DNA of 64,000 nucleotides. Source: Bugula neritina. Taxonomy: Eukaryota; Animalia; Bryozoa. Location of the stretch: the NCBI GenBank assembly GCA_964035545.1, contig OZ037773.1:9577751-9641750 (forward strand). The letters are read 5' to 3'. The translations under genes and the position numbers were made by a program. The notes beneath the pieces were generated by a model. The model was given only the letters and a program-made list of their open reading frames with translations, was not told the origin of the DNA and ran no database searches. Position 1 is the stretch's first letter; each line of letters begins with the position of its first letter. This document shows positions 1 through 12,184 of this stretch, piece by piece.

Positions 1-649
1 TAGCTCGAATACTGTACACATGCATAATTAATGTTTTCATGAACATAGTTATGCATTTTGCACCTAACTCCTTCAACCTATACCATAATAGTTTTTTTCC
101 AAAATATTCCTTTTTTGCCAGAAACTAGTTTGGTAAAACCTATTTTAATTATTAGTTTATAAATCTGTGCATATTTTATTATTTGTAGGCTAAAAATAAT
201 AATTTCCCTTGAGCCATTCTCACACCTGTGATTACTTGATAAGAAAATTACCCAGGCTGTGCATCAAGAAGAACCTATCTATACCTTGCTTTCATTGAAT
301 GATAGGAGTTTGGCTATTTCCATGTACTTGGCTATTTAGGTAAATTTATGGTCATACCAATGAAGTTATCTGTAATTTACACACTGTATATGAGTGAATG
401 CACAGGTGCCACTATGTGAACTTATTGGTAGGTTGGTGAGCACAACTCTGATTATTTGAAGCTTGTAATGTTTGAAAGGAGTATTTAATACATCACCTAT
501 TGCCTTATAATAGTGACCAAACTTTTCAAAAAGTTTAAAGTTATAGTTTATAAATAAAAATAAATAAGCTATGCACTAATAATGTTATATACAAAGTTAG
601 GTCAAAATCTACATTATATCAATAATTGTTTAAAAAGTGTAATATTTAG

Positions 650-2140
650 CCGTTTGAAGTAAGTTATTGGAATTAAACTGGAAGTTGCTTACCCATTTCC
701 CCATTTTTTTGTTAGTCATTTTTATAGTAAAATGTACATGATTTAGAAGTTGCCCACCTATTTTTTCAAGTTTCCAATTACTAGTCATCCTTATAGAACA
801 GTATGTGTGAAGTTGAGGTCGCCCACCTATGATCAGACATTATTGTTTATAATCATTATAGCAAAATGTAGGTGAAGTTGCCTACCTATGTTCCAACTGT
901 TTTGCTAGTCATCTTTTTAGTAAAACTAGCATAAATTCAAGCTTGCACACCCAATTCCAAACACTATTGTTGTAGTCATTTTTATAGTTAAATGTACACA
1001 AAATTTATATTAAATTGAAGGTACCCACCAATCTCTGAACAATCTTTTTTATATTTATAGTGAAATGTAAAATAAGTAAAAATACCCACCAATATCTGAA
1101 CAGTCTTGTTTGCCATCTTGATAGTGAAATATACAAAAAGTTAAAGTTGCTTACCCATATTAAAAACATTCTTGCTAGTACTCATGTTTATAGTGAATTG
1201 TACATTAAATTGAAGCTACCCACCAATATCTAAACAGTCTTGCTTGCCATCTTTATAGTGAAATATACATAAAATTGAAGTTGTCCACCCATTTCTGAAC
1301 ACCCTTATTTGCCATCTGAATAGTGAAATGTACATAAACTTGAAGTTGCCCACCCATTTCCTAATTTTATTGCTTGTCATCTATGGCAAAATGTTCATAA
1401 ACTTGAAGTTGCTCACCCATTTTCCAATGTTCTGTTAGTCATTTTCATAGTAATATGCACATGAAATTGAAGTTGCCCACCCATTTAAATTTTTTTGCTA
1501 GTTATGTTTATAGTGAAATGTAAATACAATTGAAGTTGGCCAGTCAATTACCAACTTTCTTGTTTGGCATATTATTTTATGGTGAGATGTACATAATCTT
1601 GAAGTTGCCCACCCATTTCCTAATTTTATTGTTTGTCATATTTATGGCAAAATGTTCATAAACTTGAAGTTGTCCACCCATTTTTCAATGTTCTGTTAGT
1701 CATTTTCATAGTAAAATGTACATGAAATTGAAGTTGCCCACCCATTTAACTTTTTTGCTAGTTGTTTATAGTGAAATGTAAATACAATTGAAGTTGGCCA
1801 GTCAATTACCAACTTTCTTGTTAGTCATATTATTTTATGGTGAAATGTACATAAAATTGAAGTTGTCCACCCATTTTCCAACTTTCTTGTTAGTCACTTT
1901 TATAATAAAATCTAAGTAAAATTGAAGTTGTCTGCCCATTTTAAGAACTGTCTTGTTTGGGATCTTTATAGCAAAACTTACATAAACTTGAAGTTGTCAC
2001 CTATTTCTGATCACCCTTGTTTGTCATTTTATAGTGAAATGCACATAAGGTCGAAGTTGCCTAACCATTTAGGAATATATCAAATTTTTTTGTCATCTTT
2101 ATAGAAAAATAAACAAAAATTTGAATTTGCCCATCCATTT
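650..2140. repeat. Tandem satellite, ~60-65 bp unit (~TTGAAGTTGCCCACCCATTTCCAACTTTCTTGTTAGTCATTTTTATAGTGAAATGTACATAAA), >20 diverged copies
   Basis: GAAGTTGCCCACCCAT...TTTATAGTGAAATGTACAT recurs about every 60-65 bp. 1340-1598 and 1599-1856 are near-identical 4-monomer blocks. Confidence 0.9.
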
Positions 2141-2939
2141 TCACAACATATTCTTAAACACGACTTCATTTTACCACAGTTTATATATACATTTACATTG
2201 AATGTTTTTTTGTTTCTAGTCAGTATTCTTGTTGCTTTGTAGGTGGTCACCATCTCGCTGTAAAGAACAGCAAGACTTTGAAGCTTTAAATATATATTTT
2301 GAGGAAAAGAATGAGCAGACTGAATTCATAGTCTTCAGAAGCCTATTCTGTAACATTCAGCTGGACCTCAATTTTGGATGAAGCTTAATAATTAGAAAGC
2401 TAAAATAACTTTAAATCTCCAAAGCGTAAATAAAGCTCATTGCTAATGTTCAGCTTTGGATATAAAGGGATTAGCGTTCTAAAATAATAATTTGTATTAT
2501 TCCGTTTACTTGCTTATATACAGAAATGTTTTCTTTGTTGACTGCTAAATAGCTATGTTTTGAATCAACATTTGTAAATTAGCTTTACTTTTTTGGCTGC
2601 TTAAATTTTTTGTGCCTTTCTTATGACCTGTTGCTATCTATAATTTTTGCATTAGCTTCAAAATGAATTTATTTATCTACTTATTAGCCACATTTTTTTA
2701 TATGTAATTTGTTTTAGCTCATTTAAATTGACAAATAAGTCTTTATATTAGGTTGCATATGTTTTTTTAGTAACAATTATTTTTTGTAATTATTGCTCTT
2801 CACTTTTAAACAATAAAGTTATCAATACACAATATAAAACTTCCACTTGTATATATTATACTGCTATATATACTTTCATATAGCAATGGTTATGTAAACC
2901 TTGCCAAATAATTCTAATAACCTAAATTTGCAATGCTGC

Positions 2940-3412
2940 ATAGAGTTTATGCAACATTATAATAACATTTATGAAAAGTTGTTTATAGAACGTTTTAGAT
3001 AAAAAAGCTAAATAACGTCTACATTTAAACATCTAGATAACGCTTGTTTTGCAACATTATAAAAACGTTGCCGAAGCAAGGTTATGGCAACGTTTGTATG
3101 ACTTGTTTATGAAACGTTGGTAAAATAGTTTGCAGAAAACGTTGTTGCCTAAACGTTGTGCGAGACAAAGAGATACATTTAAATTTAAACATTTAAGCAA
3201 TGTTGGATCGCAACCTTTCACCAACGTTGTATGAAAAACATCTACACAACGTTATGCGACGCAACGTTTATGAAAGGTTGGTAAAACGTTTTGCGATAAA
3301 CGTTCGTTTCAAACGTTGTATATAGTACAAAAATGTGTCGACATTTAAACATTTAATAAACGTTTTTTCCAACGTTTATACAACGTCATATCAATGTAAA
3401 TTGTTAGTGGGG
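2940..3412. repeat. AACGTT-rich repeat, probable non-autonomous DNA-element (MITE-like) remnant
   Basis: Dense cluster of palindromic AACGTT/AACATT motifs, CpG-rich relative to the flanks, ending in TTGTTAGTGGG. No matching left terminus found. Confidence 0.55.
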
Positions 3413-3676
3413 TATATGGCCATATATATGCCTGTAACCCAAATAAAAAAACTTACAAAATTACAAAGCCATTTGATACAAAGCTTACAGTTCAGTTATT
3501 TCTCATCGCACTTTATGTGCACATAAAAATAGTGTGCATGTTAACAGCGTTTAACTATGAGATTGCAGCCATTGTAAAGCAAATTCAGCCAATCCAATGA
3601 CAACAGAGTATAGCACAGTAACTCACATATAAAAGATCATTTTTACATTTGAATTCACAGTGTACCTGTAACTTCC

Positions 3677-6600
3677 ATGGATTTGAGTTTCAAAATTATG
3701 TCAGAAGCAAGAATCGTGTTTCCATCAGATGATGGATTTACAGGTTTACCAGAGCTCATTCTTCGGGCTATCAACAATGAACATGAAGTTCAGGCAAGAA
3801 TACGCCTTACTGAGGCAGTGACAAATAAGCTTACTGAAGTAGTGGAACAAGTTGTAAAAAATATTTCCGAGACTAGTTTGTTTAACATTCTCGGTATAGA
3901 AGATGATAGTGGTAACACACTTCTTCACTTGGCGGCTTCGTTAAATCGCACAGAAATAATTGCTGTACTAGTGGGAGGTGTGTCACCTGGGAACCAGCGC
4001 TATTTATTAAAGTTGAAAAACAGAGATGGTAAGACACCTCTTTTATTAGCAATCACCCAAATGCATTTTGAAACTGCTCAATGGATTTTGAACTTGCCTC
4101 TACCCCATGATGATATGAAGGACATTGTAACTATTTCAAGCAAATTTGGCATTACAGCTTTGTCAGCTGCTACAGCTGCTGGCTCAACTGTTTTAATGAA
4201 ACGACTAATTGAAATTTTGGGAGATGGCTTGTATAACCAACTTTTGGTAACAGATCGTCAAAGAGATAATGTTTTGCATATTGCTGCAAACAACGGAAAA
4301 GGGAAAATTGCTCTATGCTTGCTACAGCTTATGGATAGAATTCAGGCAGCCAACATTCTTCAAATGGGGAATAGCAAAGGTTTAAACCCCATTGCATGTG
4401 CTAAAGATCAAGGAGAAGATGATTTTGTATCTGCTATTCAAGAATACCAAGGAAAAATGGAAATCACAACAAATGGTGAGCAAAACAAATTGTACGTTGA
4501 TAAGTATAGATAGATAATAATGTAGATGAGTATAGCATTATAAATATAACATTTTAATAAATTACTGCACAATTATTTTTGTAGATTTGTTGTGCATAAA
4601 ACAATTGTTTTTATATAAATTAACAGCAAAATTGAGGCTCAGTGATAGAACACTGGCCTAGTGAACATAAGGTCAGTCGTTCAAGTCTAAGTCATAATTG
4701 CTCTTGCGCCACATTAGAGAAAGTTCTTATATAGCCAGCTTGAGAAGAAACCCTTTTCATCACAGGTTCTCACAGGGGTATTGACAAATTTTTTTGATGC
4801 AAATTGTATAACATTTAAATAAGCTATACTAACTTTTAGCATGCTTTTGCAGGTTTCTATAGTATGCAAACAATGATGAAATAAGTTTTTAGATTTTGTG
4901 GTCAATTTTCATCAAGAGTTACAAAAATCTGGATCAGTTGATCTATATAGAGCAGTGGTCCTCAAGCTTTTTCACACTATCTTCCCTTTCATACACGTTT
5001 ACTATTAATTTTCTCTTTCAAAAATTGCAACTTATGTGTAGTTTAAAAATACTGACGTACTGTATGATACAAATTTATATTTTTCTATTATATTCTATAA
5101 TAATATATTGGTTGCAAGATTATTATACGTGAAAACGCACAGAGCAGCTCAATTAGTAATGTTATGGCTGCAGCGTATGCTTTTGCGCCAGCTTGCTCAG
5201 TATGGCTCTCTTTTTGACAGGGCACATCTCAGGTTACTAAGCAAGTCAAGCCAGTCTTTCATTTCACTTTGAATAGTTAGCATTGATGAGATTCTCACCT
5301 TCCATAGATGGGTTGTGCACCAGATTTTTTGGTTTGTCAGCTATGCAAGAATAGATTTTGCTTGTTGAAACCCATAGGTCTTCTTAATTGGTAAAGATTT
5401 TATTGTGAAATTATCAAATATGTCGATTAAATCTTTTCAACAGAGCATTGAAATAAGCCATATGTTAGTTTAAGAATCTTCTCCTTTTCTAACAGTATCT
5501 CTCTGAGCTATCAATCAAACTCTGTTAAGATTTTAGAAAGATGCTCAGAGATGTTTTGAAAGAGAATGTGGAACAGTTGCTTTTCCTGGTAATTTATTGA
5601 ATGTGGGGAACGACATCATATTTTTATATGAGCTGTGTGTCTGTTGCAACTTCAGTTTAAATTTGAAAGCATTGATGCTGCTATATGAAATGCAATGATA
5701 AGACTATTTTAATCATGGTTGTATTTATTACAGAACAAGTTCCGGCTGCTGAGCAAAAAAGAACTGAAAATGAAATTGATGGTGAGTTGAGTCGAAAAAA
5801 TACAGTTTTTGATTAAAAGGGTGCTAAACCAAATATAGATTAGATTAAAATAGATGCCGGTGCTTAATATTAAGTGGCGATATTCCAATTTTGCAAGTTT
5901 AAAACTTACTTTAATAATTGTTCACCTATTTAAACATTTGTAAATGCTTATGATTATCAGCAGCTTAATAATAACCTCTGCCTGAGTCAGCGGGCCCAGC
6001 TCATATATTAAAACTTTTAGAAAAAAGAGACATTTTTAATGAATTTAAAGTTATATCTGCTTCAGAATTCACTTTCCTCAACGTTAGTTTTGCTCTAACG
6101 GCTAACCAGTCATATCCTAACTATAAGCTAATTATCCTACAGTAATATTTTAGAACTTTACTTTACTTAACTTTACTCTGCTTTACAAACTTAAAAAGTA
6201 TATTCAGCTAAATAGTCATATAAACATGGCCATCAAAAGTCTCGCAAAAAAGTTTTTGGAAGTCAAGTCTCTGCACAAAACTGAATTCAAATTTTAAACA
6301 GCTCTGACCAAACTCAACACTCAATATAGTTGGCTTGTTTGTTGTACCAGTGGGCTTCAGCAACAGAAACTGCTTAAATTGTTTTAACCAGTTCATCAAG
6401 CTGATAAATGCGCATTAATTTGGCTAGTAAGAAAGTGTAAGATAACAAGCCGCAATATACGAGAAAGTAAAATAAAGTCTATAAAAGCAGTCATAGGTAC
6501 ACACGCACACGCTGCATCAGTCAATCAATTGTGTTTAAAATTTGTTGAAGAAATCGAGAATAATCTTTTATTGCTCAAAATGAAATTCATGTTCTCAAAG

Positions 6601-9600
6601 TTTGAAGTATTTGATATTACCTTAAAGTACACTAAATATTAATTTTTATAGAAAAATTGTGTGTTTTAGAGCTAAAGAAAGTAGAGATTATAGAGTGGAT
6701 AGGCAGTGGTTCACAAGGCAATGTGTATAGAGGTACTTTATCAGGCAAAGTTGTAGCCATTAAGAAAATACCACTATTCAATTATGGAAAATGTTTCAAA
6801 GAAGCCTTGGAAGATATCGGGGAGTATACAGTTTTGAAGTAAGTGTGGGGAACAAACTCAAATTTAAACTCAAAACTTTGTTATGCTATATATACATGTA
6901 GTTGTATTAATATAAGAGTAGCTATACTTTTATTTGGTTCACAGTAACTCTGCAGTGTTAAGTTTCATTATGAGAACCCAAGGAGTCATTCAACAGCATT
7001 TCAAAAATTTGCTAGGGTTACCCTATCTGTATCATTGTAATTATAAAAAGAACTGCATGTTTTTTCCCAAATTTCCAAGTAAAAAGCTTACTTTAATTTA
7101 CATAATTATGTTGACCGATTAGTAACAGAAGTAAAAAAAAACTTTGCTCAGTTAATCTAGATTTTATTGTACTTGCAACGAATTAGAAAACTGTCACCAG
7201 TTGTGTAATAATTAAACCACTTGATATCAGTATAGATGAACGAGTATGTAGGGATAACTTCCTATATATTGAGTTTGCGTCATTATAAAATGAACCAATG
7301 GTGTTGTAAAATAAACCATATTGCACAATTGATTCTGCTGTATTAGAAATATAAATTCAATAAATAAATAAACTCTGTGATGTCATAAGAAATATGTATA
7401 TTGATGAGTCATAAACCACTACCACTTAGTCTACTTGAAAGGCTCTCCGGCATATTTTCAGGCAAACATAACCTAACAGTCTTTATCTTAGGGTTCTCCC
7501 AGAAAATAATTATACGCAATTATTATTTTGTGTTTTTTCTGAAAAAAGTACAATAGCTTAAAATATAGATTATCTGATTTTATTTTAGTTATTTTTTAAT
7601 TCTATGAAACTTTTTAGAAAGTTATCCCATCCAAACATAATTAAGTTTCTTGGTCTAAAGCTATATCAAGGTGACGTTGGTTTGGTCATGGAGTATGGGG
7701 ATCAAAACTTGAAGCAATTTTGTGAAGAGCTTCACAACAACTCTGATTCTATGGTATGTTTATTTTATTCTATTTATATTTTAAGTTTTCATTTCCTCCT
7801 TTCAAACTATAAAAATAATATTAAAACCTCTTTGGTAACAAATTTTTTTTTGAGTGTAAGCTGGTTTCTGTTTTTAAGTTTAGGCCTTTACATTGAGCTG
7901 AGGATTTTTAAACACAGAAGCTGTTTAAACTGTGTTCTATATAACCAATTTATTTTTATGCTTTTTTGGTAAAAACAAACAATATAAAACAATAGTTGCG
8001 AAAACTGGTATATATACAAGATACAGTCTACTGTTTTTTCTAGCACCAACTATATATGCATGCAAACTATCTAATGGTTGCAAGTTTCAACTTCATTGCA
8101 TGTATACATATAATGTTGCAGGATAAAGTTTTGAAGGTTATAAAAGATTGTTTGAATGGATTAGACTATCTTCATGGGGAGAGAATGATTCACAGAGACA
8201 TCAAACCGCAGAACATTATGGTGAGCACAATGTTGGTTTTTATTATGTGATCATCTTTCAACTGTTGCAATAAAAGATTTTACCACAGTCTAGAACTAAT
8301 TGCAATAAAAACTAATACTTATTTTTACCTGAGTTCTATCTCATTTACCATTACACTATTATTTGAGAAAAATTAGTGAGAGGAAAAACGATTAGGAATT
8401 TATTTGAAAAAATGGAAATGATATATAAAGTTTGCACTTGAAAATTTTACTGTCGCCACCTATGCTGGCTATAGTTAATAACATATATAATCAGAAAACA
8501 AATTTCTTATTTTGGTATAGCTGTTAATATTAGTACATCTTTAGCTTGAGTTCTTTAGAATAGCTTTAGCTAATGTTCATTTAAATTTTAGCAGCCCATG
8601 CAGTTATAAAAATGTATACAGCACGTTAGCACATTTCGTTAGTATACTATATATATTTTCTATCTAAAATTCCCAGATGCAATAATAAAATAATACGAGT
8701 GTTACATTATAAAAAATAACGTACTTTGCCAAAAATAGCAACTGAAGACTTAGCAATGAGATCATTTTCAAATTCTTGAGACTATATAGTAGCCTCAAGA
8801 ATTATAGATTTTGGGTTTGGGGTTTGGGTTATGTAACAGGTTTCATAACATAACTATTATGGTATAACTATAATTCCTGCTATACATTGTAACAGTTTGT
8901 AAAGCCTCTTGCTGATAAAGTATAAACTCAATTTAATTTAATTTGAATAAGTGCATGATTTATTGTTTGGGTTAGAGACTTATTGCATGACATTAGCTCT
9001 GACAAATTGTTTTTATGGTGCAAAAAGCTCAATAACTTGTCACCTCAGCCAAGCTTCATTTTTGGCGAAAGCCCATGAAGGTATAAACACACTTTTACAA
9101 TAACATCATAAAATGTCATTACATTATATTTTTGATGCGTTTACCAAAAAACTTACCACATGTAAGTCCAACAGAAATATGCCAATAACTTTTATCCAGT
9201 AACTCTTATCTGATTTATTTGTTACAACCTCAGAACATTTTTATTTTTTGTAGCTGAAACAAAATCATTAGCCAACACCAAAACTCAAACTCAGTGAATT
9301 TCATTATACCAATAACTGACTCTGCTAAAATATAGAAATAATGAGAAAAGCTTATAATTACTACTGGCTGAATGAATTATTGTGGAATAAGTGTAGTTAT
9401 AACTAAGTCTGTGGCGTAACTTTCTAACACCTTAAATACTATAGCTATTCTTACACTTTTAGCGTAGTAAGTAGTTAATCCCCTTCCCACAATTACAAGT
9501 TACAATAAGCATACCTACACTTGGATGAGACTAATTTTTGCTGATTCATGTAAACTGACTGTTGGACCGAATTCGGCTCGCGGATGCTGACAGACGGAAT

Positions 9601-12184
9601 GTCGGTTACCAACATGACGAATGTCGACATGCCCTGCCGAACTTCTGGAAGCCCTTTGTTCTGTTAATATAAAAGGAAGCCCATTTTCGAGCTTCAGTCA
9701 CTTGAGGACTGGAGCTCGGACTGGAAGGATCAAGATTATAATAAAGATACAGCACACACACTATTTTAAACTCTCTCTCTCTCTCTTGTCTCTTCTATAA
9801 CCAGGAGTTATGTTTTTTGCCTGCTTTCATTCAATAACCCACAAGTTACTACAATATATATACCTTAACGATATTAGATGTATAGTTATATGGGCTACAT
9901 TGTTATGTTGTATAAATATTTATATATAAAAAGAGCCAGGTTTCCTAATAAAAATATTTATGCGTAGCTAGATGAAATACGCATCATTCAAGAAGTAGCT
10001 TTCATTAATTTAATTTCTTGATGAACTAGCAAAATATTGCACATATATTAGTCAGTTTAAATACTCATGATCCTTTTTACTATTGTGAGTATAGCTTAGT
10101 GAGTATATTGCTTGTTTTAGGTTGTTTCTGGAGTGGGAAAATTGGTAGATTTTGGAATGACTCACGAAAAGGACTGTCTTAGAGACTTGACCAACACTTA
10201 CACCCTGTGGGCAGGTCTGCCTGAATATAATATATTCAATTTCATAGTCAATAATAATAATTATCTCTTTAAGAGATTAAGTTTAATGAAACTTCTTTGT
10301 AAAGTTTGGATGTAAGTTTTAAAAACAAAATAAAAGTTAAATAATTTTAACTGTTAACCAACGTTGCCAAAATATTTCAAACAATTTACTATAATGTGTC
10401 AATGTTACTACTTTTGCTATTGAAACAGCATCTAGACAGTACAGACCACCCGAGCTCTTGCACAAACATGCACCAACCCAGAAATCGGACATGTGGTCTA
10501 TGGGTGTGACAGCACTCGAAGCTTTAACAGGTATAGTATTATCAATCACAAGTTTTTATATAATAAAGCTGCTTATTAATAGACGCCATTTACTTCTCTC
10601 TGGCAAAAGATAGTGATTGATACATTGTTACATCAGTGAGTTTGGTTTTTCCAAGCACATTTACATTGATAAAAGTGACAACCTTTACTTTTTCCTCTGA
10701 AATTTATCAAAATATTGTGGTTTTTGTAAGGAAAAGGTACATGAATTACCGAGCTGGTTTCTAAATATTTTTGATGAGTTGGTAAATTTGTATTTTCAAT
10801 TTAGATATGTCCTTAAAGACATAAACAATTATGAAAAGAAATTTAAAAAGTGTTTGTGCAATAGTTTATAGGAAAAAATATAAAATTGAATTTTTCAACC
10901 AAAGCATATAGTTGTTTGATTGTTATTGTTCATGTCAAATATTTGCTTAAGAGAGTCTTGTAGCAACATGAAATGGTCTGACGTAATTATTTCAATCAAT
11001 AATAATATTTCTCTAAAGACAAGAAAACTCCTGATTCAACTTTGAGTGATGATCTAGTTACAAACTATACTTTTACAGCAATTTTTTTTTCTATTTTGTC
11101 TATATGATAGTGCATTTAATAAATCTAATTATTTTTGATACTATAAAAAAGATGAAAGATTCTTTAAATGTGTTTATATGCTGATAGCTCCTAACTAAAC
11201 CTACCTTAAAGCCTTTGCTTATTAAATATTTCCTAAAAGCCTTTCCTTGTTGAATTTTTCATCATAAATATAGCTTGAAAAAAACTTAAATATTTGATTA
11301 AATAACTTTGCAGGCATTTCAAGACAATGTCTAATTTTTATTAAAAACCTAAAATTTAAATAATATGTGCAAAATACATTATATTTCATTTTTATTTATT
11401 TTATATTAAATTTAAATGTTGAAGTTAGAATCTAAACAGTTCTATCATTAGAAAGTTAGCAGTAACAAGTTTATATCTCAGTTGCATATATAGGCAGCGT
11501 TGGTCCTAGCTCACCCTCTGTTAACTTCTACTTATAGACTTTCTAATATAGTTTGTTTATTTATTCACAATAAAAGTGGCAAGAGATTCCTTGATTGACG
11601 CAAGTGAAAAGTTCTAATATAAGTAATGCATTAGAAAAGGTAAATGAAAACTGGCAGGTGGGGGGTTTGGGGTTTTTAAGTTTTTAGCCTCTTACGACTT
11701 TAAATACTTTTCTTTCAATTCTACAAGTTGAAAAAATGTATTTTTGTAATACTTTGTACGTTAAACGTTTTTAGACTCAGGAGTTCCCAAAAACAGTATT
11801 TGAAAAAATTAATACTTTTTAAAGCCGCCCTATATGAGCATGATATCACAATGCCTCGATGTTATGATGGCTTTTGTTGCCTCAAGAAGGAAAAAGCAAC
11901 TTTAATTGTTATTACAATTTTAAAAACTCCTTCCTAATTTTAGGCTAATGCTTGTGGTTATTACAGGAGAAGCTCCTTATAAAAAGCTGGCATTTATTAA
12001 ATTAAAGAAGAAGGGGCCAAAAGGTTTGCTAGAAGAGAAGCTTCCTGAAACTCTTCAGAATTTGTCAAAGGAAAATCAGGGTATTTTTAAACTGGTTTTA
12101 AAGTTTGAACCTATTCACAGATTATCAGCAAAAAAGTGGCTCATGGTGTTTGAAAATTTCCAAATAGAAAATTTGAAAACATGA
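3677..12184 (+). CDS. Ankyrin-repeat + Ser/Thr protein kinase (~560 aa, 8 coding exons)
   Basis: Exons 3677-4475, 5734-5781, 6652-6838, 7618-7753, 8122-8220, 10121-10214, 10429-10530, 11967-12184; all GT-AG and phase-compatible (1683 nt). Exon 1 has 5 ANK-like repeats (GNTLLHLAA, GKTPLLLAI, GITALSAAT, DNVLHIAAN, GLNPIACA). Kinase motifs: GSGSQG, VAIK, HPNII, HRDIKPQN, DFG, YRPPE, SDMWSMG. Confidence 0.9.
4633..4785 (+). mobile_element. tRNA-derived SINE-like copy (internally deleted)
   Basis: A-box-like GGCTCAGTGATAG and B-box-like GTTCAAGTC. Shares AGTCATAATTGCTC...AAACCC...TCTCACAGGG with 14035-14250. Confidence 0.55.
4953..5640 (-). mobile_element. Decayed hAT (Buster/Charlie-like) transposase fragment with terminus, in kinase intron 1
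   Basis: The minus strand translates, with stops and a frameshift, to ISEHLSKILTEF..., EDLWVSTSKIYSCIADK and SMLTIQSEMKDWLDLLSNLRCALSKREP/ILSKLAQKHTLQP*H. This resembles the Charlie/Buster C-terminus (..DLRxALS..P..L...QxSH). TIR-like CAGTGGTCCTCAA at 4953. Confidence 0.7.
9392..9853 (+). mobile_element. Candidate solo LTR (~460 bp) in kinase intron 5
   Basis: Begins TGTAGTTATAACT and ends AGTTACTACA (TG...CA with short inverted termini). GC/CpG-richer core and TATA-like AATATAAAAGG at ~9666. TSD imperfect (ATAAG/ATATA). Confidence 0.5.

Noticed and set aside
650-2140. CRISPR-like appearance (conserved GAAGTTGCCCACCCAT with variable intervening sequence)
   Set aside because: The intervening segments are homologous to one another rather than unique spacers, and the context is eukaryotic with no cas genes. 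It is a satellite.
10337-10549. Minus-strand ORFs overlapping real exons (also 32590-32793, 33413-33604, 51108-51302)
   Set aside because: Antisense shadows of plus-strand coding exons.
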